Shown here: piece after piece, positions 1-12,680 of the stretch
How the letters are laid out: every line of letters starts with the position of its first letter
Position numbering within the stretch: position 1 is the first letter of the stretch
DNA from: Sphyrna mokarran
Taxonomy: Eukaryota
Assembly: GCA_024679065.1 (NCBI GenBank)
Contig: JAGIQG010000001.1
Location: forward strand, 111,538,001 to 111,602,000
Length of the DNA: 64,000 nucleotides
Direction: 5' to 3'
Program-made: the position numbers and the translations under genes
Notes under the pieces: generated by a model
Seen by the model: the letters and a program-made list of their open reading frames with translations, nothing else
What the model was told of the DNA's origin: nothing
Database searches by the model: none

Positions 1-621
1 TTTAATAATTGCCACATTCTCCCTCTGAATTACTGCCATTTTCTCTCTCTTTCCTTGTAGTCTGTGCATTGTCCGGCACCAAATCCTCTCCTGAATTCAG
101 ATATTAACACAGTGTTGTTAGGGTTACGTGCTGGCGAGCTGGAATCATTTACTGTGTGATAGATCCTTGTCTCCAGCAGTTGGCTGCTCAGAGACAAGGA
201 TACGTTAAGCACCTCCTCCCCTGCACTGTGTCTCTTGTCCCTACCCAAAGCAGTATCATTCAAGCCAGTTTAAAGTCAATTGATGGCTGATTTCACTTCT
301 TGCCCTGAGTAAATCAAGCTGTTTTTATACAATTGCAGGAAGCTCCCGGTGTTCCTTAAGTCATGAGTTAGACAGGAGCTTGAGTTAATTTTGACTCATT
401 GATTTAAAAAAAAGTGTCCTGATTTAAGGAAAGCTAGCAGTATCTGGATTGAATGTGGGGCATTTGCAGACTGTTTTACTTGAAGGCATTGCAGTCAGTG
501 CCCAGCTTTACTATAGGTGATGTGTGAATCCTCGCAGTGAATCTCTTTGGACTATTTGGCTGTGAAGACATCACTAATCCAGGCCTGGTATATATGAAAT
601 ATGTATATGTAGAAATATATA

Positions 622-924
622 TGGGCTCAGTGGTCAGTACTGCTGTCTCAAAGTGGCAGGGACCTGGGTTCAATTCTGACCTCAGATGACTGTCTGTATG
701 GAATTTGCACATTTTTCTTGTGTCTGTGTGGATTTCCTCTGGGTATTCTGGTTTCCTCCCACACCCTAAAGATACACAGGAAGGTTGAGTGGCCATGGTA
801 AATTGCCCATTAGTGTCAGGGGGATTAGAAGGGCAAATATATGGGGTTACGAGGGTAGGGTCTGGATGGGATTGTCAGTGCAAGCTCAATTGCATGGCCT
901 CCTTCTGCACTGTAGGGATTCTAT
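622..924 (+). mobile_element. HE1-type tRNA-derived V-SINE, near full length
   Basis: tRNA-like head (cagtggtcagtactgctg...gggttcaattc), V-domain (ggatttcctctgggtattctggtttcctcccac) and tail ccttctgcactgtagggattctat. Confidence 0.92.
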
Positions 925-931
925 TTCATGA

Positions 932-1137
932 ATCCCACTGACACAAACGGTCAATTTAAAATGGCCGATCAACCTAACCTGTACATTTTTGGAGTATGGG
1001 AGGAAACTAAAGCAGCTGGAGGGAACCCACACAGACAGAGGGAGAATGTGTAAACTCCACACACTGACCCAAGCCAGGAATCGAACAAGGGTCCCCTGGT
1101 GCTGTGAGGCAGCAGTGCTAACCGTTGTGCCACTGTG
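932..1137 (-). mobile_element. HE1-type V-SINE, 3'-truncated, inverted relative to the copy at 622
   Basis: Reverse complement of HE1 head and V-domain (gctgtgaggcagcagtgctaacc...). Confidence 0.9.
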
Positions 1138-2134
1138 GAAGACCCTGGACAATGAAGTTATTCCCTAATATTTTTAACTATATCTGATTCAGTTTCACCC
1201 AATCATCACAGATAAACACAGCTACGCCTGCAAATACGCAGCATCACAAACACATGCATACACTCCCATTGATCACAAACCTGCCACAGAGATGGGAGCA
1301 AAGTTGGGATATTGCTGATCTGTATAACTCAGCCACACACTGACAAAAGCTATAGTTTCAAAATTACCAATGAAAGGTCTTCATCTGCGTGTTACAAATA
1401 GTGTAAGTGTTGCTGCTTGCATATTGGATACAGTTCAGTTCATGGCAATAGGCACTAGTTTTTCTTTGCAGTTTTAATAAGACTAACCTAAAATAATAAA
1501 GTTCACCTTATGCCTTTTTAAAGGGAAGCCTGAATACTGCGAAAACTAGTAATCTCATCACGTAATTCCTTTTTATTATTTGATGTCACAGTCTGTCATT
1601 TTCTATTGCAGAACAAATATTGATATAATTGGTCATATTTCGTAACTTAGTAAATGATGCCATAATAGTTAAATCTTTTAATATGTTTTGACAATTGACT
1701 GATGACATCATGATAAAGACTAAACTAATGTTAGGCAATAACAAAAATATTAATGTTTAAATACACTGCTTTAGATTCTGAGCATGCTGTAATTCTGGGT
1801 GTTTTGATTCTATTAATCTAACTGAATTTCACTGATGCAGACAAAATATTTTGGCTGTTGGCCAACATGCTAATATTGGTACAGGACAGTCTAGTGTCGC
1901 CTTTCAGGCCTCACTAAAGTGATTGTTAACCCTGAGGCTGTTGAATAAAAATTATTTCATTGGCAGTGCTACGATGCATTGGCGCACTGATGTACAACGA
2001 TAGATTTATGCCCATGAACCTTGCCCTGCACACCACACTCCATTCCCATTCTCAGCCATGTTCCTTGGAGAGTGCATTCATATTGTGCCTTTCACAATCT
2101 CAGGAAGTTCAAAGTACCTTATGGCCAATTAATT

Positions 2135-2610
2135 ATAGAATCCCTACAGTGCAGAAAGAGGCCATTCGACCCATCATGACTACACCAAATCTCTACACAG
2201 GTATTCTCCCTCGCCCTATCCCCATAACCCCACACATTCATCATGGTTAATCCATCTAACCTACACATCTTGGGATTCTAAGGGGCAATTTAGCAAGGCC
2301 AATCTACATAACCTGCACATTTTTGAATTGTGGAAGGAAACCGGAACACCAGGAGAAAACCCACATAGACACAAGGAGAATATGCAAACTCCATACAGTC
2401 ACCAAATGCTGAAATCAAAGCTGGGCCCCTGCTATTGTGAAGCCATGATGTGGAGATGCTGGCATTGGATGGAGTGGGCATGCTTGCTTGATGAAGGAGT
2501 AGTGCTCTGAAAGTTTGTGATTCCAAATAAACATGTAGGACTTTAACCTGCTGTTGTGAGGCTTCTTACTGTGAGCCAGCAATGCTAACCAGTATGCCTC
2601 TGTACTGCCC
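2135..2610 (-). mobile_element. HE1-type V-SINE interrupted by a Penelope-like fragment
   Basis: Tail atagaatccctacagtgcagaa at 2135; head resumes at 2570 (tgtgagccagcaatgctaacc). Confidence 0.88.
2446..2569 (+). mobile_element. Short Penelope-like (PLE) pLTR fragment with degenerate hammerhead motif
   Basis: Inverted terminal tail (tgatgtggagatgctggcattgga), then ttgatga-a-ggag-tagtg-ctct-gaaa...aataaa...cttcttac, homologous to the elements at 30.6 and 47.6 kb. Flanked by the imperfect duplication tgtgaagcca/tgtgagcca. Confidence 0.75.
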
Positions 2611-2857
2611 CTAATGAAGCACTTTTTGAAGTGAAGTCACTCCGAAATGTAGAAAAAGCATTGAGAAAAAGCAGAGAGAAAGTATAATCATCTGGGCCGA
2701 GTTCTTGTGGTCTCTAATTTGAAAGCTTTCGGAAGCCTGGAAGAAGAATGTCCACCTGCATTCTGTTTCAGTTCCTATGACCAGGAAACCAAGTGACAAA
2801 ATGGGAAGGAAAATAGTTTGAGGAAGAAAAAAATGTATATCCTCAAAAAAGAGATGT

Positions 2858-2966
2858 GGGCAGAATGTGTAAACTCCACACATACAGTGACCCAAGGCAG
2901 GAATTGATTCTGGGCCCCTGGTGCTGTGAGGCAGCAGGGCTAATCACTACACCACAGTGCTGCCCC
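2858..2966 (-). mobile_element. HE1 5' (tRNA head) fragment
   Basis: gaatgtgtaaactccacac...gctgtgaggcagcagggctaatcac...gctgccc. Confidence 0.85.
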
Positions 2967-3657
2967 ACTACAGTTAACTACATTTCTTGAATTTTTATTG
3001 TGAAATCTTTATAAGAATGCCACAGTTCTTTGGCTTCCTCTGTAAGATATTATTTCAGGCTGTACTAGTCTACATATTGACAAACACCTTTGACTAATCA
3101 CACATCAAATCTGTGAATTTGCAAAAAACTTAAAACTCCCATATTAATTTTTAGTCATCCCTGAAGTTGTTGGTGCATGAGGCTGGTAAAGAGGGGAAAT
3201 TCATAATTTTAGTTCTGGTTCCGTAACCCTATTTTAAACAACAAGATTTAATTGGGAACGACACTGAATTAAAGCGCGTTTCAGTTTTACTGTAACTGTC
3301 TCTCTGGTAGAGAGTTGCTTAATTCTGTGTCAGCATGCATTAAGTTTTCATTTCTTATGTGATGTATGCTTTACATTACAGAGCTAGTGGGAACTTGGTT
3401 GCTAAAGTGATTCAGATTGCTGTCTACCAGTAGTATATTTATTTATATTAGACAGAGCAAAAATAGATGGAAAAGATGAGGAATATGAAATTAGTTAGGT
3501 TGAACGATGCAATAAAGTATGAAACATTCATGAATTTCTTCAGTTTGAAACTATAATTCATTTTAATAGGCAGGCTTGATTTTTAGTCATGTTTAATTGC
3601 ACTTTGTTTTGAAACTACAGGTCTAATTTTATTTAAGAGAAGGTATTGGGAGTATGG

Positions 3658-4945
3658 GTTATTGTCACATGTACAGTGAAAAGTATTGTTTCTTGTGCAC
3701 TATACAAAGCATATTGTACCAAGGGAAGGAAAGGGGAATGTGCAGAATCTAATGTTACAGCCATAGCTAGGCTGTAGAGAAAGATCAACTTAATGCGAAG
3801 TAGATACATTCAAAAGTTTGGCAGCATCAGGTAAGAAACTGTTCTTGAGTAAGTACGTGTCGTTAGACCTTTATATCCTTTTCTCGATGGAAGAAGGTGG
3901 ATGAAAATAGATCTGGTGTATGCAGGGTCCATAATTATGCTGGCTGTTTTTCTGAGGCAGCAGGAAGAGTAGACAATGTCAATGGATGGGAGGCTGGTTT
4001 GAGTGATGGACTGGGCTTCATTCACCAACCTTTTGTAGTTTACTGGGGTTTTGGGCAGAGCAGGAGTCATATCAAGTTCTGATACAACCAGAAAGAATGC
4101 TTTCTCTGGTGCATTTATAAAAGCTAGTAAGAATTGTAGCAGAAGTGCCAAATTTCCTTAGTTTCCTGAGAAAGTAATGGCATTGTTGGGCTTCTTAACT
4201 ATAGTGTCGACATAGAAACCCTACAGTGTAGAACGAGGTCATTTGGCCCATTGAGTCTGCACTGACCACAATCCCACCCAGGTCCTACCCCCATATCCCT
4301 ACATATTTAGCTGCTAATCTCTCTAACCTATGCATCTCAGGACACGAAGGGGCAATTTTTAGCAAGGCCAATCAACCTAACCAGTACATCTTTGGACTAT
4401 GGGAGCAAACCGGAACACCCCAAGGAAACCCACGCAGACACAAGGAGAACGTGTAAACTCCACAAGACAGTGACCCTAGCCGGGAATCGAATCTAGATTC
4501 CTGGAGCTATAAAGCAACAGTGCTAACCACTGTGTTACCGTGCCACTTTGGACAAGTTGTTGGTAATCTAGACACCTAAAAAACGTGAAATTCTCGACCA
4601 TTTCTACTTTCTCCCCATTGATTTAGACAGGGACATGTCCTCCACTTCGCTTCCTGGAGTCAATGACTATCTTCTTTGTTTTGTTGACATAGAGGGAGAG
4701 ATTATTATTATCACACTAGTTCATCAGATTCTCTATCTCATTCCTGTACTAAATCTTGTCATAGTTTAAGATCAAACCCACAACAGTGGTGTTACGAATA
4801 AACTTGAAAATCGAGTTAGAGGGCAATTTGGCTATGCAATCAGAGGTGTATAAGAAGTACAGTAGGAAGCTGAAGACACAGTCTTGCTGAGCACCGGTGT
4901 TGAGGATGATTGTGGAGAAGTGTTGTTGTCCTATCCTTACTGATA
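3658..4945 (-). mobile_element. Rex1/Babar LINE 3' portion (degraded RT and C-terminus), interrupted by HE1
   Basis: Minus-strand translation gives TIILNTGAQQDCVFSFLLYFLYTSDCIAK...SIFKF..TTVVGLI...NNLSLYVNKTKKIVID and AQSITQTSLPSIDIVYSSCCLRKTASII.DP...LLPS, characteristic of Rex1/Babar ORF2. Confidence 0.85.
4211..4546 (-). mobile_element. HE1-type V-SINE, full length, nested in the Rex1/Babar LINE
   Basis: Complete tail-to-head reverse complement (catagaaaccctacagtg...gctaaccactgtgttaccgtgcc). Confidence 0.92.
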
Positions 4946-6601
4946 TCTTTATTTTCTAACCGATGCAAGATTGACTTGTCAATCAAAGCACTCCAATAGT
5001 CTGATGTTTTAACTCTACTGACAGTTGAAGCTTGTTTCTTTTTCAAATTTAAGGAACAGTGCATTTAAAAAGCATCAGATGATGACACTGAAATGGACAT
5101 CAGCCATCCTTTAAGTGTATTTACACCTTATTTAAGGAGCTGTGGTTCCCACATAACAGGGTAATGCTGTTGGAGCAGTCAAAAAAGCATCTGTTTGAGT
5201 TGGCAATGGAGGTGGGTCTTGACCCGGAATTGAATCTGCCTCAAATTTCCACCTCGAAGGAGAAAATTCAACACCTTGATTTTGAAATTTTCATCCTTGT
5301 GTTCAAATTTCATCATGGTGTCACTTCTCTTTATCTCTGCAAATTTCTTGAATCTGGCAACATTAAACGCATTTTGTATTCCTCCAAAGATGAGTTCCTG
5401 TGAAACCCACAGTCCTTTTACCTCCTCATTTGCCCTTGTGTCTTCTATCACTGAGGGCCAGATATACACAAAGCCAGGAAGATTCCACCAACTTTTAAAA
5501 ATGGTCAGTAGGATCTGAGCACAAAACTCCTGTCCCTATTTCTAACAGACCTAAATTTTCAATTTTTGCAACAAAGTGGCGGGGGTTGGTAAACTCAGCA
5601 AGGCCATTTGAACCCCCTCCCCTTGGGAGAGTGTTCTTATCATTGCCCTCCAGCAGGGGGGCAGGGAAGATTCCTCAGCTGAGTAAGTTTGAATATTCAG
5701 TGTGGTGGTTGGGGGAATGGGGGAAGCTGGGTGATGATATTAAAATGTATGTAAATCTATGAAAATCATGAAATGCGATCTCTTTGGAGAATGTTGCATT
5801 TCCCAATACCCTCCAGATATTCCACCTGCATCGCCATTCTCTCTGGTAGGCTGGAAGTCACCCCATAATTTCTGCCATTTTAGTGTAAGACTTTTGTGAC
5901 ATTCCATAATGCTCCAACTTTAATAGCATTCTTTCATTGGTGTAAATAACGGTGTTCAGGTACTTAGGCAACCATAGTTGTCTGTTCAGGCTGGTATCAC
6001 ACTAAGTTAATGTGAATTAATTACCATACACAATGTAAATAGAGATCATTTTTTTGTTCCATGTGAATTAATCTAAATTATACAGTGCCATGGTTGGTCA
6101 CTCCCTGTTAAACTTATATGTCAATGAATGCAGATTATTCATTTATGATATGAGTAACATTAAATGCAATGTACAAATGCCTGCAGTTAAATAGCGATAA
6201 AAAACTACAAAGGAACTGCTGATCCTGGTCAAATCAGCCACAGGTATCTTCCAAAACATATCTGATGTGGAAAAAGGGTTGGACACTGTAAAAATTATGA
6301 AGAAAGACTGTTAACTTTTCAAAATTCTCAAAACCTAATAAGGTGATATTTTCATCAATTAGTCCATTTCCCTAACTGAAAGATGTTAGGGATGAAACTA
6401 TCTGCAGTACACTGAACAGTCAGAAACTCTAACACTGTATGTTAGAGTGAACATGGTCTTAGGTAATGGTGCAAAACATATAAGAACTCAGGAGCCTGTT
6501 AGAAAATCAGACTGGGTATAACACAAACTGTAATTCATTATCACTAATTTTACTCTTCTATCAACAATTCCTCCCGATACTTATACTATGTATGTGTAAT
6601 A

Positions 6602-6717
6602 TGGAATTTTTCCGTTGTGCCTGCCACGAGAATCATAGCAGGCAGGGAGTGCATAGATCTGTGACCACAGGTGGGATTTTCCAATTTTGGGACAAGCACG
6701 GCTGGAAAATCCTGTCC
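6602..6717. mobile_element. Small MITE-like element (Harbinger-like termini)
   Basis: Termini ggaatttttcc...ggaaaatcc. Internal cctgccacgagaatcatagcagg...caggtgggatttt is shared with 24070-24172 and 26100-26160. Confidence 0.5.
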
Positions 6718-6954
6718 ATTATATTTAAATATTTTGAATATCAGTCAATTTAAGTTGTTGTCAAAATGCAAGTATGGGATCAGTGTGATTTAAGGAGTTT
6801 GCTAATGCAAACAATGTTGCCAAGGTGTGACGCATGAGTTAAATGTTGTTTCATGTTTGATTTGGAACCAAACTGATTCCAGCATAAATTATTTATCAAT
6901 AATGCAAATAATTCACTCATTGTGAAAGTTTTCACGGAAAATGAAAGTTTTTAG

Positions 6955-7625
6955 GGGCTGGGGAATTCTCCAGCCACATTGTGCCTGGCACAAATCCCGC
7001 TATATTGGGAAATACTGGAGAGCCTTGGAGTAAGGTTTGCGCTGGATGCCAAACAATTTGTGATGTTCCCCCGGGCTGCCCCAGCAGATATGATAATTAG
7101 ATTTTAATATACAAAGTCAACTTGACGCTGAATCTTCCAGAAATGTGCCATGTTCCCACTCATCGATGTGATGTGCTGGCGGAAATCAGTACTGGTGTCC
7201 ACAAAGGAAGACCAGACATGATGACCATACCAGGGGCTCAGAGGGTATTGTAGCTGTGGGTTGTTGGAGCGATGGCAGGATGGAGCCAGGGGGCAGTGGC
7301 ATGATGAATGGGAGGCCTGCCATGCTGGCGATCTATATTTGACAGGGGATGAGAGGGGTAGAACATTCCATCAGTGGATGGGGATAGTCCTTTAATTTCA
7401 TTGAGATTGCAGTGCCTTTAAAAAGGGCACCTCGATCTCTGTGAAGCCAGGCTTGCTGACATGATTAGGCCCCACCCTGTCAGGATTGGCACAAAACACT
7501 CCCCTTTTCAAACTAAATGGCAAAATGTGGGAAGATCTCGTCGCGAAATCTGTCTGTCGGGGGGAAATGCACTGCTTTTTTGATTGAAGCTGTCACTTAG
7601 CCATTTTTTGGGAGAATTCTGCCCT
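6955..7625. mobile_element. Non-autonomous DNA-transposon-like element (Harbinger-like)
   Basis: Terminal inverted repeat gaattctccca...tgggagaattc, GC-richer interior, and a segment shared with 14350-15090. Confidence 0.5.
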
Positions 7626-8129
7626 TTATCTGCTGAACATAGTTGACCATTCACTGACATTTGGCTTTGCTGAATGTAAATAAATGGCACAATAGGTGTA
7701 ACAGATTTTGACAAATTTTAAAGGGCTGTTCGTGCGATTGCCTCATTGATGTTTCCATTAGATTTGTAATTAACGTAAGGAAAAGTAGAACTGGTTTATT
7801 TTGCTGTTAAGAAATTACAATAAGAGCTCTTAGAGTGCAAATTAAGAAGAAAATGAGTATTTGCTGTGAATGGTTTCTCCGTGATCAGCAGAAATGAATT
7901 TCATTCCAGTTATTGTTCAGGACATAATCTTGATAGATTATCAGATGATGCTGAAATTGTGGTGGTGAAAGTTATTCCTGTGAAGGGTTTAGATCAGCTG
8001 GCTCTATATATCTGTCTTACATTATGCAGCTATGGACTTCTTGTCTCAAGCTCATGCATATGTCTATTTCAGTGGTTGGTTTTGCTTGGAATGTGTCCCT
8101 TGCTGGTCACCAGAGGGTGTATGTTGAGG

Positions 8130-8325
8130 GGCACAGCTTTACATCAAGCCTGATGCTGACCTGGACACACTCAGCTCTTAGTATCTGCCATAAACATACT
8201 GAAAAGGTTTGCAGGTTGATAATCAACCTGAATGCACCGTCTTGTGACCATCAAGTCCTGTACTGGGATTGAGCTCAGAGCTTCTGGCTCTGAGACAGAG
8301 AAACTACCCAGTGCATCACAAGACC
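8130..8325 (-). mobile_element. tRNA-derived SINE (non-HE1 family), 5' part
   Basis: Minus strand reads ggtcttgtgatgcactgggtag...agccagaagctctgagctcaatccc, a degenerate A-box/B-box tRNA head. Confidence 0.6.
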
Positions 8326-9593
8326 TTGGACTGAAAATTAAATAAAGTTGAGCTCCAACTCAAACCATCTCTGGGAGTCGGTGAAACTATGTTGACATTA
8401 AATGGGCTAATGTACCCATATAGTTCAAAAGCATTTTGATTATTGATGAATCCACAGTTTTTACTTTACTACCCATGTTGGAATTTTTACCTAATATAAG
8501 CAGATTTTTGAGACAAAAGACACTCTCTTTGTGATCATTTGAACAAACTTTTCACTTTGTGGTTTTCTTTTATGCAAAACTGTAGAGTTTATTGCAACTG
8601 TTTGTCTCTCCAGTGAGCACAGCAGAAATGCACAATCAAAAGTAAAGTGACACAAACCACAGTTGTCCACATTCTTTATTGACAGCCAGGCATCTAACAC
8701 ACACAAGATTCCATAAAATGAATAACTGTAATTATTTCAGTCATTCTTCAAGACATTATTTATATATCTTTTATTGTCCTAACGGTGATATAATTATGCT
8801 TAAATTACCTGTAAGTTTACGTATTTTCCTCCAGTTAGGCATTGATTAGATATTGAGATAGGCTTTCTGGTAGATAACTTTAGTCTAGCCCTGTGAGGCA
8901 TTCAGTCTTTTACTTTTCAACAGAAGGTATGTTTTACACCTGTGAATTAGCTAGTTCTATTCCCCTATACACAGAATATACTGTAACTGGTTGTATAAAA
9001 TAACATCTCAGTCAGATAAATTTCAACAAGATTTTAACAGCAAGTCACTTGCTGAAGTTTTTATTTGTATGCTAATGGATGCTCTCCATGCGTGGATCGT
9101 TCGCCACCATATTAACAGCTTGCATGAGACATTCTGCCAGTATTGCATTAGCCTAATCATGGTACATTGTTTAATTATTCTCCCATTGTCATAAGAAGTG
9201 GAAATATGTAATAAAAACTTATGCCATTCCATTATCTTTAATGTTTTATGTTGTATATGGGTTACCAATCTGCAGGTGAGAATCTATGCTGGAACATTTG
9301 TGGATTAACCACACTATCTTTTGGCCATTGGGGAGGTCAGTGTAAACCCATCTCTTCTTGGGAAAAGAGTAATTAATGCCTTTTCCTTTGGCCTCCAGAA
9401 ATAAAACAAAAATGGGAAAGACTGCAGGCCTGACACAACTATAATTTTTTTTATGGCATTAAGAGGCAAATTGATTTCTATATTTAGTATGCTGTTGTGT
9501 TTATGGTTTCAGAAACTGAAATTTGTTCAAACTATCTGTGTTTGTTGTACTCAGTTTCTCTGCTTCACAGTGACTGAGTCTATCATGTTTGAA

Positions 9594-9906
9594 ATCATAG
9601 AGTCCCTACAGTGCAGAAGAGGCTGTTCGACCCATCGAGTCCGCACTGACTCTCTGATGGAGTACCTTATCAAGGCCCTATCCATTTTCCATGGATAAAC
9701 TACCAAACCTACACGTCTTGGGATACTAAGGGGACTTTAGTAACTTGCACATCTTTGGACTATGGGAGGAAATTGGAGCATCCAGATGATACCCATGTAG
9801 ACACAGGGAGAACGTGCAAACTCCACATAGACCCAAGGCTGGAATCGAACCTGGGATCCCTGAAACTCTGAAGCAGCTGTGCTAACCACTGTGCCACTAT
9901 GCTGCC
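9594..9906 (-). mobile_element. HE1-type V-SINE
   Basis: Tail atcatagagtccctacagtgcaga through head gctaaccactgtgccactatgctgcc. Confidence 0.92.
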
Positions 9907-10314
9907 TCCAATCAACCAAATTTCCCAAACTCTGGTTCCCGTAGTGAACTCGCACTAGCTTCCTTTGCGTCTGATTGATATTGGCTGGAATTTTCCTGCC
10001 ATTCACATCAGTGGGATTCTGTGGTCCCGCTGTGGTGAACAGAGATTTGGCTGAGTGCCAAATTCTCCATCCTCGCTTTCTGCAATGCCAGACCCTGAAC
10101 AGCTGAGAAATACCAGCTTTGTTACCAGTTAACAGCATATTTATTCTTTGCAGCATTTCATATGCTCCAGGGAGTTCCAGTGACATCCCAGGAGGATCTG
10201 CTGACTTTTCCCTCTCATCCTGAAAATTGCAATGAGAGGACTTCAGTTTCTTCTGGCTGTTACCTGCCAAACCATCCACGTTTGAATTAAAATTCCATTA
10301 ATTCACTGCACTAG

Positions 10315-10657
10315 GAGCGGCACAGTAGTACAGTGGTTAGCATTGCTGCTTCACAGCTCCAGGGACCTGGGTTCGATTCCCAGCTCAGGTCACTGTCTGT
10401 GTGGAATTTGCACATTCTCCTCGTGTCTGCACGGGTTTCTTCCGGGTGCTCCAGTTTCCTCCCACAGTTCAAAGATGTGGGGGCTAGGTTGATTGGCCAT
10501 GCTAAAATTGCAATTTAGTGTCCTGGGATGCGTAGGTTAAAGGGATTAGCAGGTAAATGTGTAGGGATATGGGGATAGGGCCTGAGTGGGATTGGGGTCG
10601 GTGCAGACTCGATGGGCCGAAGGACCTGTTTCTGCACTGTAGGGTTCTATGTTCTAG
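10315..10657 (+). mobile_element. HE1-type V-SINE, full length, well preserved
   Basis: cagtggttagcattgctgcttcacagctccagggacctgggttcgattccc...gggtttcttccgggtgctccagtttcctcccacag...ttctgcactgtagggttctat. Confidence 0.95.
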
Positions 10658-11266
10658 ACTTTATTTTTTTTTCCCAACAAAATTGGTAAAATATGTGTGT
10701 GGTTAGTTACGCACTGTTCTATTTATTCTCGGCTTAATAAAAACTAAGGGAGCATTATGCCATTTATCAAAGCAAAACATTATTGAAGCAGTTAAGATGT
10801 AGTGCAGCTTTAATTAAGAACCAGGCTTTGAGGCAATAGGTTTTGAGGTCATAGGACTGTCTAGTCGGGGAGGAAATGTTAAAGAATGAAGTCATTGATG
10901 TTCTTTGACGTTTTCCTTTGGAATGATATGAACAGCATTTAATGAATGCATAGAGCTTGGGGAGAGGAGTTTCTCACTGAGCCACTGCCACAGCAGGAGC
11001 TGTGTTACACAGAGAGAGAATCCAATGTTCAGCCTATACTGTAGCTTCATAATTCACATGAAATGCGCACTGAAGTGTCAAACATAAATATTGTGTGATT
11101 TGAGATTCATTGGCAGTGCCACTAACCAGGAACACACACCAGGAGTTCCTGGACCTGAAGCCGCACAGTAGCATTTGTACCCATTGCTGGCATGATGTGC
11201 AGTGAAAATGGAGTCACAGGTTGGTGACTGAATCAAAAAACACAAAAAAAAACTTCATCATCCCTT

Positions 11267-12101
11267 CATAGAATATAGAATCCCCATAGTGCAGAAGAGG
11301 CCATTCACTCTATTGAGTCTGCACTGACTGTCTGGCAAAGTATCTGCCCCAGGCTTTCTCTCTGCCTTATCCCTATACCCCACATATTTACTATGGCCAA
11401 TCTACCTAACCTACTCATCTGGGGAATTAAAGGGCAATTTACAAAAGAACAAGAACAAACAAAGAAAATTAAGCACAGAAATAGGCCCTTCGATCCTCCA
11501 CGCCTGCACTGACCAGGCTGCCCGACTTAACTAAAACTCCCTATCCTTCCGCGGAGCATTTCTGTCTATTTCCATCATATTCATGTATTTGTCAAGGCAC
11601 CCCTTCAAAGTCACTACCATATCCATTTCCACTACTTCGTCAGGCAACGAGTTCCAGGCACCCACTACTTTCTGTGTAAAAAATCTGCTTCATACATCTC
11701 CTTTAAACCTTGCCCCTTGCATCTTAAACCTAGTAATTGACTCTTCCATCTTGAGAAAAAGCTTCCGATTGTCCACTCTATCCAGGCTTCTTATAATCTT
11801 GAAGACTTCTATCAGGTTTCTCCTCAATCTTCATCGCTCCAGTGAGAACAAACCAAGTTTCCCCAACCTCTCCTCTCTGTACCAGACAACATCCTGGTAA
11901 ATTTTTTCTGTACCCTCTCCAAAGCCTCCACATCCTTCTGGTAGTGTGGTGACCAGAATTGAACACTATATTCCAAGTGCAGGTTAAGCGGATTTAGCAC
12001 GGCCAATCCACCTAACCTGCACATCTTTGGACTGCGGGACGGAACCGGAGCACTCGGAAGAAACCCATGCAGACATGGGGAGAATGTACAGGCTCTGCAC
12101 A
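11267..12101 (-). mobile_element. HE1-type V-SINE split by a CR1 insertion
   Basis: HE1 tail at 11267-11441; body resumes at 11992 (atttagcacggccaatccacctaacc). Confidence 0.85.
11442..11991 (-). mobile_element. CR1/HER1-type LINE 3' end nested in HE1
   Basis: Encodes HLEYSVQFWSPHYQKDVEALERVQKKFTRML (CR1 ORF2 C-terminus); (agaaca)-like tail repeats; ATTTA duplicated at both junctions. Confidence 0.9.
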
Positions 12102-12559
12102 TTTGTAATCAGCACTCTCCAGCAGCTGCAAGTGGAATTTGAAAGAAAAAGATTATTTTTCTCTTTCTTTCTATCTCTATCCTTCCACCACCTGCCTCAG
12201 TCACCATGCAAACCAGCTCCAACTGGTGTTAGCCTCTCACAAATTTGGACCCCTCTGCTGAGGCACGGTTAGCACTGGCTGCACGCCACAATCGTGATAA
12301 TGAGTTGGCAGCATGAGGTTTGTGTGCTGCCTGTGTCGGAAGCGACAGTACTCGCACCTGCCATTTTCAGGGGTTGGGGGGATTATAGAAACTTGCAGCC
12401 ACTGAGTAGAAATTGCCCCCATCTGTCATGCTGCTGAAGAATGTTCTTGTATCCTTGAAAATTACTATTCTACACAGGCTCAGATTGGTGATTCAAATTT
12501 CTAGACAAACTTATCAAATCTGACTCAAACTCGTAGATGAGCTGAAACTTTGGCACAGT

Positions 12560-12680
12560 TTGGTCACTGCATTTCCCAACATTACAACTGAATTCCAACA
12601 CTTCAAATGAATACATTGTCTGCAAAGTCTGCTTTGGGGCATCGTGAAGGTGATTTGTAAATGCAAGTCATTTCCTTTCC
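12560..12680 (+). mobile_element. Degenerate Deu-SINE (SacSINE1/AmnSINE-like) 3' tail
   Basis: cattacaac...cacttcaaa...ctttggggcatcgtgaagg...taaatgcaagtc. Similar tails at about 18878-18932 and 25390-25497. Confidence 0.55.

Noticed and set aside
476-1152. ORFs of 88-106 aa (and similar ORFs at 2290, 9737, 17066, 24513, 27402, 38710, 55727)
   Set aside because: They are chance translations of HE1 SINE copies (recurrent CGRKPEH/GFPPGAPVSSH peptides), not genes.
9070-9115. MDALHAWIVRHH, superficially like the ANTXR penultimate exon LDALWALLRRQY
   Set aside because: Similarity is limited to DAL; there is no YDRVS motif or splice context.
10315-10390. tRNA-like A/B boxes
   Set aside because: These are SINE heads continuing into the V-domain, not tRNA genes.
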